From the NCBI GenBank assembly GCA_049519355.1, contig JBEKQV010000003.1, positions 83,646 to 147,645 of the forward strand: a stretch of 64,000 bases of DNA. The letters are read 5' to 3'. Positions 1 to 9,363 of the stretch are shown here, one piece after another. The notes under the pieces were generated by a model. The model saw only the letters and a list, made by a program, of their open reading frames with translations. It made no database searches and was not told the origin of the DNA. The position numbers and the translations under genes were made by a program. This DNA is from Candidatus Microgenomates bacterium (GTDB lineage Bacteria > Patescibacteriota > Microgenomatia > UBA8517). Numbering within the stretch: the stretch's first letter is position 1; each line of letters opens with the position of its first letter.

Positions 1-180
1 GGTGGCGGTCATTGGTTAATGACAATTGGTATTGTCGCCTTAGTTTACGGGATAATGTCTTGGTTGGTCATGTCGTACATGTGGGCTCCTTACGTAGGTT
101 GGATTGTCGGAGGTATTGTTCTTATTATCATCGGCTGGATGAAAAAGGCGATGAAAAGGAACATGATGGAAAAAATGTAA
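1..180 (+). CDS. C-terminal fragment of a small hydrophobic membrane protein; the ORF enters from the left window edge and stops with TAA at 178-180
   Basis: Frame-1 open from base 1. Translation ...GGHWLMTIGIVALVYGIMSWLVMSYMWAPYVGWIVGGIVLIIIGWMKKAMKRNMMEKM* shows two hydrophobic helices. No family recognised. Confidence 0.3.
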   Translation, partial: GGGHWLMTIGIVALVYGIMSWLVMSYMWAPYVGWIVGGIVLIIIGWMKKAMKRNMMEKM

Positions 181-230
181 CTTGATCTTCCCCGAAACGG
201 CTGGGGTAACTCCCCAACCGTTCAGGGAAG

Positions 231-1400
231 TTATTTCGCAGATTTCTTCTTTAACTCCGTTAAGTAAAACGCAGCAAAGAAAGTTGTAAGAGGAACGGCT
301 GCCACAAGTCCAATACTTCCCGATAAAGTTCTGACGGCTTCCTCAATAATCAGTCCGTCATTAAGTATCAGCCAGCTCGGAGAATGATTTACATTTAGAA
401 TTATCATCAAAAATATAGGAAGTCCCGAACCGGCGTATGCAAGAACCAGAGTGTTAACAAGAGACGAAATATGCTCTCTTCCGATTGAAAGGCCTGCAGC
501 AAAAAGTTGACGGAACTTTAGAGCCGGGTTTGCCTTAGCAAGCTCGAAAACTGACGCGGAAAGTCCGGTGGTCACATCATCAAGAACACCTAAAGCCCCT
601 ATTAATATTCCCCCAAGAAGAAGTCCTCTGAAATCGATATTACTGGTTGCTCCGAATCTCAAAGACGCCGCGTCTTCACTCCCCAATCCTGTAAGAAAAG
701 TAAGTTTTACAAAAAGAGTTGAGAGAATTCCTATTCCGACAAGAGTAATAAAGGTCGAAAGAACCGCAATGGAAATTTTCGTTGAAAATCCGTGAGCCAG
801 ATAAATAGTCGTAACCATTATGATGAGACAGCCAATAATGCTAATGGTTAACGGATTGTGCCCCGCCAAAATTTCGGGAACAATAAATTTAAGGATTACG
901 GCAAGGCTTATGACCATTCCGACGATTGATCCAACACCTTTCCATTGACTTAAGAGAATTATTATCAGAAAAAATAAAATGATAATAGGCCAAACGGAAT
1001 TCAATCTGTATTCATCGGTTATTTGATATGTCGCCTGATTTCCGGGTCCCAAAGTTTTGTCAATTACCACCGTGTCCCCGACATTTATCAACTGATCCTT
1101 CATCAGGTTCATATCCTTCCCGTATTCAATCGTCATCTCTTTTCCCGCCATGTCACCATTCAGAAATTTTACTTCAACCTCCTGAAAAGGATTCGTCCCA
1201 GCGTTTGTCACTAATTCGCCATTTGATAGTGCCACAACCGTTGCCCGGTAAAAAGTGTCAGGCGCCGGTACCGAACTTTGAGCCTTGGCTATCCGTGAAG
1301 ACAAAATTACCAATAAAGTAAAAATTACAACAACACTAAATATTTTCTTTAACATTGCGGACAGATAATTATACCAGCTGTTGGGGGGTGTTACCTCCAA
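231..1400 (-). CDS. YibE/F-family integral membrane protein
   Basis: 389-aa ORF. N-terminal signal/TM, a soluble segment (VVALSNGELV...EYGKDMNLMKDQLINVGDTVVID), then about 8 TM helices typical of the YibE/F family. Internal Met16 (top coordinate 1355) would avoid a 32-nt overlap with the next gene. Confidence 0.55.
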   Translation of the reverse strand: MEVTPPNSWYNYLSAMLKKIFSVVVIFTLLVILSSRIAKAQSSVPAPDTFYRATVVALSNGELVTNAGTNPFQEVEVKFLNGDMAGKEMTIEYGKDMNLMKDQLINVGDTVVIDKTLGPGNQATYQITDEYRLNSVWPIIILFFLIIILLSQWKGVGSIVGMVISLAVILKFIVPEILAGHNPLTISIIGCLIIMVTTIYLAHGFSTKISIAVLSTFITLVGIGILSTLFVKLTFLTGLGSEDAASLRFGATSNIDFRGLLLGGILIGALGVLDDVTTGLSASVFELAKANPALKFRQLFAAGLSIGREHISSLVNTLVLAYAGSGLPIFLMIILNVNHSPSWLILNDGLIIEEAVRTLSGSIGLVAAVPLTTFFAAFYLTELKKKSAK

Positions 1401-2355
1401 TCATAGGAGGAATATTTGAATTCTTTTTACCTTTTCCTTTTTGAACAACAACTATTAAACCTATTACAACAATTCCCGAAACGATAAGAATAATGGCCAG
1501 ATTTTTAAAAGTTGAAGTTCCGGTTTCCTGGGTCGGAATAGGGGTTGGTGATCCCATTATGTCGGATGTTACATCAACCGGTGTGTCGGTTGGATTAACC
1601 AAATCCGAAGTGGTAGGCAAAACTTCAGGAGCAATCGTCGGTTCGGGGGTTGGGGCGGGAGTTGCCGGAAGCGGGGCCGCAACAACCGACATTTCATTGG
1701 AAAAGGCGCTTGCTCCACAGTTATTACTTGCGGCGACCACAAAATAATACTTCGTATCCCCCATTAAACTTCCGATTGTTGTCGAAGTTGTCCCCTGCCC
1801 GCCTACATTCGGATTCCCGTAAACATACTTTCCGGAAGTAATCCCATAAGAAACCAAATAATTACTTACAGGGTTTGCCGAATCGGTCCAACTCAAAGTT
1901 GCGGTGTGATCGGTAGTAGATGTAACCGAATTAAGTACGGGCGCGGCAGGAACATTTGAGCATCCCAGTGTCGCCGAATAAAAAGTTACAGTAAACCAAT
2001 CGGTAAAGGTTGCTGAATTTGTATTGTCCGTCAAGGTTACATTTGTAGTCCCCGCTGTTGTGGACGTTATAGTAAAAGTTGCATTACCGCTACCGTCGGT
2101 TGTTTGGGAATTATTAAAGACTGCCGTGCCGTCGTTTGAAGAGGAGAGACTGATTGAATCCGATGTAACGTTATTTCCGGAGGAATCTTCCAGATGAACA
2201 GAAATGGTACCTGTTGTGGTTCCGTCAGCAGGGAGCGAGCTAGAAGGAGCAGTGTAACTGGAATTCGATTGGCTGGGAGGGCCGCTGGCAAAAATTAATG
2301 TGGGGAGAGATAAAAAACCTAAAAAAACCAGGATTAGTGCCGCCAGTTTTTTCAT
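1369..2355 (-). CDS. Cell-surface protein: signal peptide, Ser/Thr-rich region, fibronectin-III-like domain, Pro/Thr linker, C-terminal TM anchor with a KGKGKK tail
   Basis: N-terminus MKKLAALILVFLGFLSLPTLIFA. FN3-like stretch ATLSWTDSANPVSNYLVSYGITSGKYVYGNPN...TKYYFVVAASNNCGASAFSNE. PT-rich PLPATPAPTPEPTIAPEV. C-terminal hydrophobic LAIILIVSGIVVIGLIVVV followed by QKGKGKK. Confidence 0.5.
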   Translation of the reverse strand: MKKLAALILVFLGFLSLPTLIFASGPPSQSNSSYTAPSSSLPADGTTTGTISVHLEDSSGNNVTSDSISLSSSNDGTAVFNNSQTTDGSGNATFTITSTTAGTTNVTLTDNTNSATFTDWFTVTFYSATLGCSNVPAAPVLNSVTSTTDHTATLSWTDSANPVSNYLVSYGITSGKYVYGNPNVGGQGTTSTTIGSLMGDTKYYFVVAASNNCGASAFSNEMSVVAAPLPATPAPTPEPTIAPEVLPTTSDLVNPTDTPVDVTSDIMGSPTPIPTQETGTSTFKNLAIILIVSGIVVIGLIVVVQKGKGKKNSNIPPMIGGNTPQQLV

Positions 2356-2402
2356 TTACACCATAGTACTTTTGATAGCTGAGAACTGACTGAAAGTAGA
2401 TA

Positions 2403-3593
2403 CTATTTTGGGAAACCAGGGTTTATATAATTTTTAAGCTTGGAGATTTGCCACATAAGTACTGAATTTAAAGTCAGTATTAAAACAAAAATTAGGATTA
2501 GAGCGTTCCCTCCCAAAAAAATTCCTCCGATTAGGGCAACTATTGCCGCGCCCATAATGGTCACAACGTTATCCATTCCGATTCCGACCAACGCATCACC
2601 AATTCGTCCTTTAGGATTGGTGGTGTAGTCATGAATAACAAGAATCTCGCCGAGACACCCGACCACACCGGTTAACACTCCGGAAATGACAAAAGGAAGG
2701 CCCGTAATCACCGAAAAAGTTTCAACAGCTGTGACCATCGCCTCGGCTGCCAGAAGAATAGCCCCGCCAGATATTAAAAGATGCAGCCAGATGGTTACAC
2801 CGGATTTATGTTCGTAATACCTTTCTTCATTTTCAATTTCCGGTACGGGGCTTTTTTCTCTCTTGGTTTTTCTGAAACGAAAAATGATCACGATTGTTAA
2901 AACCAAAATCAAAAGCCCTATGGGCCTGACCAGCTGATATAAATCCCCAGTAATTCCGGCCGGAGGATTTGCAATCCTTCCAAAAATAACCATGCTAACC
3001 GCAACCACCATAGTCAAAAGTGTAAGTGCATTAATTACATCCATAGAGATATCAATTTCCTCCATCGCCGGCAGGTTTATGTGCTGACTCATTGGTTTAA
3101 CAGTTCCACCCTTTTTCAAAAAAGGAAAAATATTTATCGGATGGCCCAGTCTGTTGGCACTATTTTGCCGGAAAACGCACCAAATTGCGTAACCAATGTT
3201 ATAAATATTTGAGCCGAAAGTTGTCGCGGCGGCAATAATTGCAAAGTTTATCGCAGCAGCATAATCGGAATCCCGAAGCCTTAAGCTTATTACCGCGGCA
3301 ACAATTCCCAAAACCATGTCAGGAAAAGCAGTTCCAACCGATTGAAGCACACCGCCGGCAATTTTTGTCCGTTCACTTAAAACCTCTGTCGTCTCCTCGA
3401 TAATTCCCGCCGTCCCCTGAAGAACATAAAATGCTCCAAATCCGATAATAAGAATTATTCCCAGTATTTTCACCCAAAATGAGTTTCCGGAAGCTAAAAA
3501 ACCAACGACGTAAAACTGCAAAAAAGCTCCAACAACAAGCATGCTTAAAATGTATATGTACCTTCTTTGCTGAAATTTTTCAAACATAACCAA
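2403..3593 (-). CDS. Ca2+/cation antiporter (CaCA, YrbG-like) family membrane protein, putative
   Basis: 396 aa, about 10 TM helices. Two internal alpha-repeat-like segments: GTAFPDMVLGIVAAVISL...GSNIYNIGYAI and LTGVVGCLGEILVIHDY...GMDNVVTIMG. Confidence 0.4.
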   Translation of the reverse strand: MVMFEKFQQRRYIYILSMLVVGAFLQFYVVGFLASGNSFWVKILGIILIIGFGAFYVLQGTAGIIEETTEVLSERTKIAGGVLQSVGTAFPDMVLGIVAAVISLRLRDSDYAAAINFAIIAAATTFGSNIYNIGYAIWCVFRQNSANRLGHPINIFPFLKKGGTVKPMSQHINLPAMEEIDISMDVINALTLLTMVVAVSMVIFGRIANPPAGITGDLYQLVRPIGLLILVLTIVIIFRFRKTKREKSPVPEIENEERYYEHKSGVTIWLHLLISGGAILLAAEAMVTAVETFSVITGLPFVISGVLTGVVGCLGEILVIHDYTTNPKGRIGDALVGIGMDNVVTIMGAAIVALIGGIFLGGNALILIFVLILTLNSVLMWQISKLKNYINPGFPK

Positions 3594-3594
3594 T

Positions 3595-4074
3595 TCAAAT
3601 ATAAATCAAAGTTCCCCAAATAAAAAGAATGACGGAAACGCTAAGCGGGGTTATTACCGGCCCAATCCAAGGAACCGGGATCAAAAAATAAATGTCTGTG
3701 TTGAAAACGCTTGTCGGCCAACCTGTAAGAAGTTTCAAGAAGACATAATAAAAAATATCCCAAAGGGCAAAGGCAATTAAAAAAGCACCGAATCTTTGTT
3801 TTAGTTTTTTGGCGGATAAATACGCCACGCTTCCAAGCATTAATATTGTTGTAACTTCCCTGATGATTTCCGCCCTGGCAATTTGCAAAGTTCCCAGAAT
3901 CGGAGTTTTAGTTGTGATAAAACTAATGAAATTGGAGCTAAAAAGAACTTGATAATTTCCAAGAGGATAATTTAGGTTGTAACCCAGAAGAAGCCTTAGA
4001 TAAAAGACAACCGCCGCCTCAACAAAACCAAAGGCAATCCCAAAGACAATCAAGGCAGTTAGATTTCTTTTCAC
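3595..4074 (-). CDS. Hypothetical small integral membrane protein (4-5 TM)
   Basis: 159-aa ORF, hydrophobic throughout, with a 1-bp gap to the upstream gene. No motif recognised. Confidence 0.4.
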   Translation of the reverse strand: MKRNLTALIVFGIAFGFVEAAVVFYLRLLLGYNLNYPLGNYQVLFSSNFISFITTKTPILGTLQIARAEIIREVTTILMLGSVAYLSAKKLKQRFGAFLIAFALWDIFYYVFLKLLTGWPTSVFNTDIYFLIPVPWIGPVITPLSVSVILFIWGTLIYI

Positions 4075-4076
4075 TA

Positions 4077-4385
4077 TTACTTATTATACCTCTCGACCGT
4101 TAGAGTGCATTCGGTCAAAAGCGCCGCTATTGTCCCCACCGCCGCCAGCATGGGAGCAATTAGTGCTCCTACCACTCCTATGGTTAGAGGAAATGTGACA
4201 ATTTCTTTCCCCTTTTTATCGGAAATGGTAATTCTACGAATATTTCCTTCTTTAATCAGTTCCTTAACTTTTTTCAGAACCTCCTCACCTTTTAGTCTGA
4301 ATTCTTCCCTCCTTACGGCTCTTGCTTTTCTCCTCGCCGCCTTTGTTTTTCTTTTTGCCTCTTTTGCTTTCTTCATTAATATCAA
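4077..4385 (-). CDS. DUF4342-like small protein: Lys/Arg-rich N-terminus plus conserved hydrophobic beta-hairpin
   Basis: 102 aa. KKAKEAKRKTKAARRKARAVRRE N-terminal tail. Core GNIRRITISDKKGKEIVTFPLTIGVVGALIAPMLAAVGTIAALLTECTLTVER matches the DUF4342 pattern. Confidence 0.45.
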   Translation of the reverse strand: MILMKKAKEAKRKTKAARRKARAVRREEFRLKGEEVLKKVKELIKEGNIRRITISDKKGKEIVTFPLTIGVVGALIAPMLAAVGTIAALLTECTLTVERYNK

Positions 4386-4436
4386 CCCCGATCCACCACA
4401 AATATACCACCAAAATTTAACGTTGCAACAGAAAAA

Positions 4437-4856
4437 TTAAGGTTTCGCCGCAGGAGATTTTCGGAATACCAGAAGAAGACCAAGAATAAAGACCGTAATC
4501 ATGTCGAGTTGGCAGGCGGTACAAACCGGACAAACAACATGAAGCTGGAATAGCTCGCGGAAAGCAATGTAAAGACAAAATGCCAAACCAAAAGTTGCCA
4601 TCCCCAAAACCAATTTTGGCATTTTCTTGAAAGCGGCAATCATAATCACAATGTAGCCGATAAAACCATATAAAGGCGTCGGAATCCCCAAAGTCTTAGA
4701 AACGGCGCCGCTTATGACTGCATTGCAGTTAACAGTTGAGTTAATATTGCAGGGAATAAATTTGGAAGGAAAAGCCTGTTCCCAAAGAAGGTAAGTTGCA
4801 AGAATAATTCCAATCCCCGCTAAAATTTTTACCCAATCAAAATATTTTTCTTTCAC
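4437..4856 (-). CDS. Vitamin K epoxide reductase (VKOR) family membrane thiol oxidoreductase
   Basis: 139 aa, 4 TM. Loop cysteines C..NINSTVNC. The CPVCTAC active-site CxxC lies at the start of the last TM, as in VKOR. Confidence 0.55.
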   Translation of the reverse strand: MKEKYFDWVKILAGIGIILATYLLWEQAFPSKFIPCNINSTVNCNAVISGAVSKTLGIPTPLYGFIGYIVIMIAAFKKMPKLVLGMATFGLAFCLYIAFRELFQLHVVCPVCTACQLDMITVFILGLLLVFRKSPAAKP

Positions 4857-4877
4857 CTTTTTAGTATAACAGATTTT

Positions 4878-6320
4878 TTAAGCAAATCCCGGAAAATAAT
4901 CGGTTTTGATTTGACTGTTCGCTACACTCAGTTGCCTAAGCGTATTCTTAAACCCGTCAACCATAGACTTTGGGCCCGATAGATAAAATATCCGGTTTTT
5001 ATAATCCGGAACTTCCTTAAAAATAAAATTCTCCTGAAAACGACCAACATTATAATAAGTTTTAATTCCAAGTTTATAATGAGCTTGATCAAAAACATCT
5101 TTATATACAAAATCCCCTTCTTTTGCGGAATACATCAGGACAATATCCCGCCTTTGGTTCGTATCGATTAAGTATTTGACCATGCTTCGAAATGGAGTAA
5201 CCCCTATTCCCCCCGCGATAAAAACCAATTTTTTGCCCATATCTTTCGGCATGGTAAAATCGCCGATGAGTTGTCCTGCGACAATTTTTTGCCCCGGAAC
5301 AAGATTCATTAACTTTCTTTTGAAAGAACTCGGAGGAGAGCCGACTTTAACCCCAATTCTTACTTCATCCTCGGTTGGACTGGAAGCCAACGATAAATAT
5401 CTTCTATTTCCCCTCGTATCAGGTTTTTCATGCTCAAGCGTCCATTCCATATATTGCCCCGGCGTAAAATTTACGTTATTGTCGGGAACAAAAACGAAAT
5501 CGATTAGGTCAGGTGCCAACCGGATTTTTTCTTTTAAAGTTAAAACCAATTTGTATTTCGGGCTTACGATATAAGAAAAGATATTGCCGATAATAAGGGC
5601 AATTTCTGGAGTTGTATAGATACTTCCGAAATGAACTTGCGGAGCAAACAAAAATCCGACAAGTGCACCGTACAAAATTCTTAAAGTTTTGGTTGGAGGT
5701 GTGGTTAAAGGTTCGGTTAACATTACGGCCGCGAAAAATATTAAGGGCGTATCACTAACCGATCTGATCCACCTTGCCGGTCCGATTAAAATTAATGCGA
5801 CAACTAAAAAACTCAAAACCATATCCCATCTTTTGATCTTCCTGACTATCAAAAATCCTCCTAGTATCACAACTGGAAGCATTGAGGATACTCCCACCCA
5901 CCAATCTGCACTTGCTCCAATTGCAAACGCAGTAATAGCAACGGAGATCGCAACCGGATTAAAGATGTGTTTTTTCCCGATTGCTAAAACAAATTTTGAA
6001 GTAACCATAAGTACAGCCGCCCAACCCAGAAAAATAACATCATGTATGGATTTTGGAGGCGCAATAATAAGGCCCAAAATTAGGGCAGAAATGATCCAGC
6101 TCTCAACATTTGCCTGAGCCTCATATACTTTGGCAAAAATTTTATTGGCCATCCCAGCAACAACGAGAAGAAAGGTAAATGAAAAAACATAACTTACGGG
6201 ATCGAAAGGAAGAACACCCGCGATGGAATAAATCAAGCCGACCACGCCCAACAAAATTAAAAAGTACAGAATCAATCTGTACATAGTGATGCTATTTAAA
6301 AAGTCGTCCAGGGCTTTCAT
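4878..6320 (-). CDS. Membrane-embedded FAD/NAD(P)-binding oxidoreductase: N-terminal multi-TM domain fused to a ferredoxin-NADP-reductase-like domain
   Basis: 480 aa. First ~235 aa are hydrophobic helices. C-terminus has the FNR-type FAD motif RRYLSLASSP, the NAD motif GGIGVTPF and the YLSGPKSMV tail. No Cys cluster for Fe-S. Confidence 0.6.
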   Translation of the reverse strand: MKALDDFLNSITMYRLILYFLILLGVVGLIYSIAGVLPFDPVSYVFSFTFLLVVAGMANKIFAKVYEAQANVESWIISALILGLIIAPPKSIHDVIFLGWAAVLMVTSKFVLAIGKKHIFNPVAISVAITAFAIGASADWWVGVSSMLPVVILGGFLIVRKIKRWDMVLSFLVVALILIGPARWIRSVSDTPLIFFAAVMLTEPLTTPPTKTLRILYGALVGFLFAPQVHFGSIYTTPEIALIIGNIFSYIVSPKYKLVLTLKEKIRLAPDLIDFVFVPDNNVNFTPGQYMEWTLEHEKPDTRGNRRYLSLASSPTEDEVRIGVKVGSPPSSFKRKLMNLVPGQKIVAGQLIGDFTMPKDMGKKLVFIAGGIGVTPFRSMVKYLIDTNQRRDIVLMYSAKEGDFVYKDVFDQAHYKLGIKTYYNVGRFQENFIFKEVPDYKNRIFYLSGPKSMVDGFKNTLRQLSVANSQIKTDYFPGFA

Positions 6321-7042
6321 TTCTTTACATATTTCTCAAAACCGCCAGTCATTGTCGCAATCCCCCGTGAGTCAATCATGTAACCTTCCAAACCTTCCCG
6401 CTTCTCAATAAATTCAATACCTTTTATCCCCATTGCAAACGCAGGAGTTGAAAACTTATCGGCTTCAAAAACGTCCGGACCAATTACCGTCAAACTGACA
6501 ATGTCCAAAATTATATTTTTCTTTCCGATAGGGTCATAGATATGCTGCCCCCTTTCATAAGTCCCGGATGTTGCAATTCCGCAATCGGAAAGTTCGAGAA
6601 CTTTAACAATCTCACTTACGTTAAATGGATTCCTAATTCCCCAAGTCCAATTTTTCCCGACGATTTCGGCGTCTCCCCCGGCATCAACATAAAACCGTTT
6701 GTATCCGAGTTTTTTTAATATTTCCGCTCCATTTTTAATTGCCCAGCCTTTTACAATACCTGAAGGATCAATTTTCCCGTCGAGTCTTCTAATATCAAAA
6801 TACCCGTTAGTCTCCTTTTTTAAATCCTCCGATAATCCCAAAATCATTTTCATCTCCGAAGAAACTTCTTCTCCTCTATTCAGTTTGGCAACCTGACTGG
6901 TTTCTTTATAAGGGCTATACTCTTCGTCCACGTAATTAAAATAATCGAAAACCTTTTGAAGATCTTTCTTGGTCTTTCGCAATTCATTCCCGGCAATTTT
7001 AACTATAACCGGCATCCCCATGATCAACCTTATTTGCTTCAT
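6317..7042 (-). CDS. apbE: ApbE-family FAD:protein FMN transferase (flavinylation enzyme)
   Basis: 241 aa. DPSGIVKGWAIKNGAEILKKLGYKRFYVDAGGD and GIATSGTYERG are typical ApbE core segments. It overlaps the upstream oxidoreductase gene by 4 bp (operon). Confidence 0.7.
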   Translation of the reverse strand: MKQIRLIMGMPVIVKIAGNELRKTKKDLQKVFDYFNYVDEEYSPYKETSQVAKLNRGEEVSSEMKMILGLSEDLKKETNGYFDIRRLDGKIDPSGIVKGWAIKNGAEILKKLGYKRFYVDAGGDAEIVGKNWTWGIRNPFNVSEIVKVLELSDCGIATSGTYERGQHIYDPIGKKNIILDIVSLTVIGPDVFEADKFSTPAFAMGIKGIEFIEKREGLEGYMIDSRGIATMTGGFEKYVKK

Positions 7043-7048
7043 ATTTGT

Positions 7049-7546
7049 TTAGCTGGCCTGAGAGAGAGCACTTTGCAATGACTGAATAAACGCCCCGCTT
7101 GTTGCTGTGGCACCACTAACTCCGTCAACCTGTGCCGACTGGGCCTGAATTGCTTCCTGAATAAGATACGGCATTGCTTGTGAATTAATCATTCTTGATG
7201 TGCTTCGGTCACTTGGATACTGCAAAAAGGTCACGTCAGTAATATTGCCGCCGAAAATCGTAACCTGCACCTGAACATTTCCGTAAAACGCATCGGCAAT
7301 GCTCCCTACATAAGTTCCATTCTTGTATCTTCCTTGAGGTGTCGCGGCCGGAACGGGAGTTTGAAGCGGCGCCTGTCCCGGTGTCGGGCCAAGTGTCGCA
7401 ACAGGAGTATCTGTCGGCAACGGGGTTGGAATAACCGTATTTGGTTTTATAACAATCGACGAAGCGCTCTCGTTCTCCAAATTTGTGTGCAGGGCGTAGA
7501 CAACAAAAATTGTTATTACTAAAGCAGATAACAAAAGCTTTCTCAT
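7049..7546 (-). CDS. Secreted FMN-binding domain protein, the likely ApbE substrate
   Basis: 165 aa. N-terminal signal/TM MRKLLLSALVITIFVVYAL, Pro/Thr linker, FMN_bind-type domain GSIADAFYGNVQVQVTIFGGNITDV...MPYLIQEAIQAQSAQVDGVSGATATS. It contains the [S/T]GAT flavin-attachment motif. Confidence 0.65.
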   Translation of the reverse strand: MRKLLLSALVITIFVVYALHTNLENESASSIVIKPNTVIPTPLPTDTPVATLGPTPGQAPLQTPVPAATPQGRYKNGTYVGSIADAFYGNVQVQVTIFGGNITDVTFLQYPSDRSTSRMINSQAMPYLIQEAIQAQSAQVDGVSGATATSGAFIQSLQSALSQAS

Positions 7547-7624
7547 GTTTTAGATTAGCATGTAGTAACTGAAAAGTAACTTAATTTTAGAGGAGAAAAC
7601 TAAGGTCCCGAGATTACCGGGAGA

Positions 7625-8089
7625 TTATGGAGTTGCGCTCGGAGCGGGAGATCCTGCAGGTCTGGCAAACTGGGGATTGATTTGTACATTTGTTGCGGTA
7701 ACCGAACCATCCGAATTTGCAGTTCCCAAAACCATTACGTTCGAACCTGTTTTAAGATCGCTTTGAGAGGCTGAGGCAGTATTGGAATAAGTTGTGCTTC
7801 CTCCAAGAATAACTATCTTAGTTGAACCGTCGGCAAGCTTCACTGTCATTGAGTTTGTATCGATCGAAAGAATGCTTCCTGTAACTGCTCCCCCACCTGC
7901 ACGGGCTCCCGTACCGGAACGTGATCCCGTAAACCTCTGGAAAGTTCCGCTAGCTCCTCCTGCACCTGCAGCAAAACTACCGCGACTTTGACTAAGCCTG
8001 TAGTTTCTGTATTGATAGCCGCCGAAAAATCCGGCCCCAAGGCCTACCAAAACTAGAATTATCGGAACAATAACCTTCGTGTTTTTCAT
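7625..8089 (-). CDS. Hypothetical secreted Gly/Ser/Thr-rich protein with an N-terminal TM or signal
   Basis: 154 aa. MKNTKVIVPIILVLVGLGAGFFGG, then low-complexity GSRSGTGARAGGG and a beta-rich TVKLADGSTKIVILGGSTTY segment. Confidence 0.4.
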   Translation of the reverse strand: MKNTKVIVPIILVLVGLGAGFFGGYQYRNYRLSQSRGSFAAGAGGASGTFQRFTGSRSGTGARAGGGAVTGSILSIDTNSMTVKLADGSTKIVILGGSTTYSNTASASQSDLKTGSNVMVLGTANSDGSVTATNVQINPQFARPAGSPAPSATP

Positions 8090-8138
8090 ACTCTCGTAGT
8101 ATATTATATTCCGTACCTGAGGGAAAGCTTAAAAGCAA

Positions 8139-9362
8139 CTATTCATAACGTAGGGCTTCAATCGGCTGAAGGTCGGAGGCTTTCTTGGCAGGATACCAAC
8201 CAAAGAGAATTCCGATTCCGGCCGAAACCCCAATGGCAAGTGCCACCGAGCCCACTGAAATCGCAAACGGAATACTCACAAGTTTGGAAATAACTACAGA
8301 AATTAAAACTCCGACAATCATTCCAATTACTCCCCCGGCAAAGGTTAAAATAATTGCCTCAACCAAAAACTGGGTAATAATATCTTTTTTCTTGGCACCA
8401 AGCGCTTTTCTAAGTCCAATTTCGCGTGTTCTTTCGGTAACGGTAACAAGCATGATATTCATAATTCCTATTCCTCCGACAATCAGAGAAATTGCCGCAA
8501 TGCCGGAAAGTAGCGCCGTAAATGTTCCTGTTACTGAAGAAGCAGTAGAAAGAATATCGTTTTGGGAAAGAATGGTGAAATCGGCATTAGCAACCTGACT
8601 AATACCGTGTCTATCAAGAAGAAGATAACCAACTTGGTCTTCCACCGAATTCATTACACTTTCATTTTTTGCCTCAACCGCAACTGAGGTTAAACTGGTC
8701 GCACCAAAGATGTCGTTCATTGCTGTGGAAAGCGGAATATAGATAGTATCATCCTGGTTACCAAACCCTGTCCCGCCCTTACTGATCGTAATCCCAATAA
8801 TCTTGAAGGATTGGCCCTGAATTCTAATTGATTGTCCGAGAGGATCGACATTTACTCCAAATAAATCCGATACGACGGTTGGCCCGACTACCGCAACTTT
8901 TGATTGCCTGGCGTTATCGTTATCCGAAATGAACTGTCCTTCCGAAACACCGACTTTATGGACCGTTGCATAAACCGCCTGAACCCCGACAATTGAGGTA
9001 TTAGTGTTCTTACTGCCTGCAGTCACTTGTGCGCGCCTGGAGTACTCAGGTGAAACATTCACCACATCGGTAACCGTCGGAGAGCTAGCAATAGCCTGTG
9101 CGTCGGCAAGAGTCAAGGTGGTGGCACTCCCCGCTCCGCCCTGAATAAATCCGCCCCTTTGGCTTCCGGGGGAAATCGTCAAAAGATTGGCGCCCAGCGC
9201 CTGAATTTGGCTTGAAACTGCCGCTTGGGAACCCTGTCCCAACGCAACGAGGGCAATAACACTTCCGATTCCGATGACAATCCCGAGAATTGCCAGAAAA
9301 GTTCTCAGTTTATTTATCCTGAGGGTACTTAATGCCTCCAAAATTATTTCGTTAAAATTCAT
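8139..9362 (-). CDS. ABC transporter permease, MacB/FtsX type
   Basis: 407 aa. N-terminal TM LRINKLRTFLAILGIVIGIGSVIALVALGQG, large periplasmic domain, and a C-terminal FtsX-like 3-TM bundle. Confidence 0.8.
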   Translation of the reverse strand: MNFNEIILEALSTLRINKLRTFLAILGIVIGIGSVIALVALGQGSQAAVSSQIQALGANLLTISPGSQRGGFIQGGAGSATTLTLADAQAIASSPTVTDVVNVSPEYSRRAQVTAGSKNTNTSIVGVQAVYATVHKVGVSEGQFISDNDNARQSKVAVVGPTVVSDLFGVNVDPLGQSIRIQGQSFKIIGITISKGGTGFGNQDDTIYIPLSTAMNDIFGATSLTSVAVEAKNESVMNSVEDQVGYLLLDRHGISQVANADFTILSQNDILSTASSVTGTFTALLSGIAAISLIVGGIGIMNIMLVTVTERTREIGLRKALGAKKKDIITQFLVEAIILTFAGGVIGMIVGVLISVVISKLVSIPFAISVGSVALAIGVSAGIGILFGWYPAKKASDLQPIEALRYE

Positions 9363-9363
9363 A

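Noticed and set aside
568-1321. Plus-strand ORFs (568-795, 1023-1214, 1028-1321) inside the YibE/F gene. Similar embedded antisense ORFs occur throughout the track, e.g. 1493-1841, 5176-6117, 8185-8598, 17120-18142, 20528-20995, 35654-36871, 62299-63494.
   Set aside because: They lie entirely within longer, motif-supported genes on the opposite strand. They have proline- or arginine-rich low-complexity translations typical of shadow ORFs and carry no recognisable motifs.
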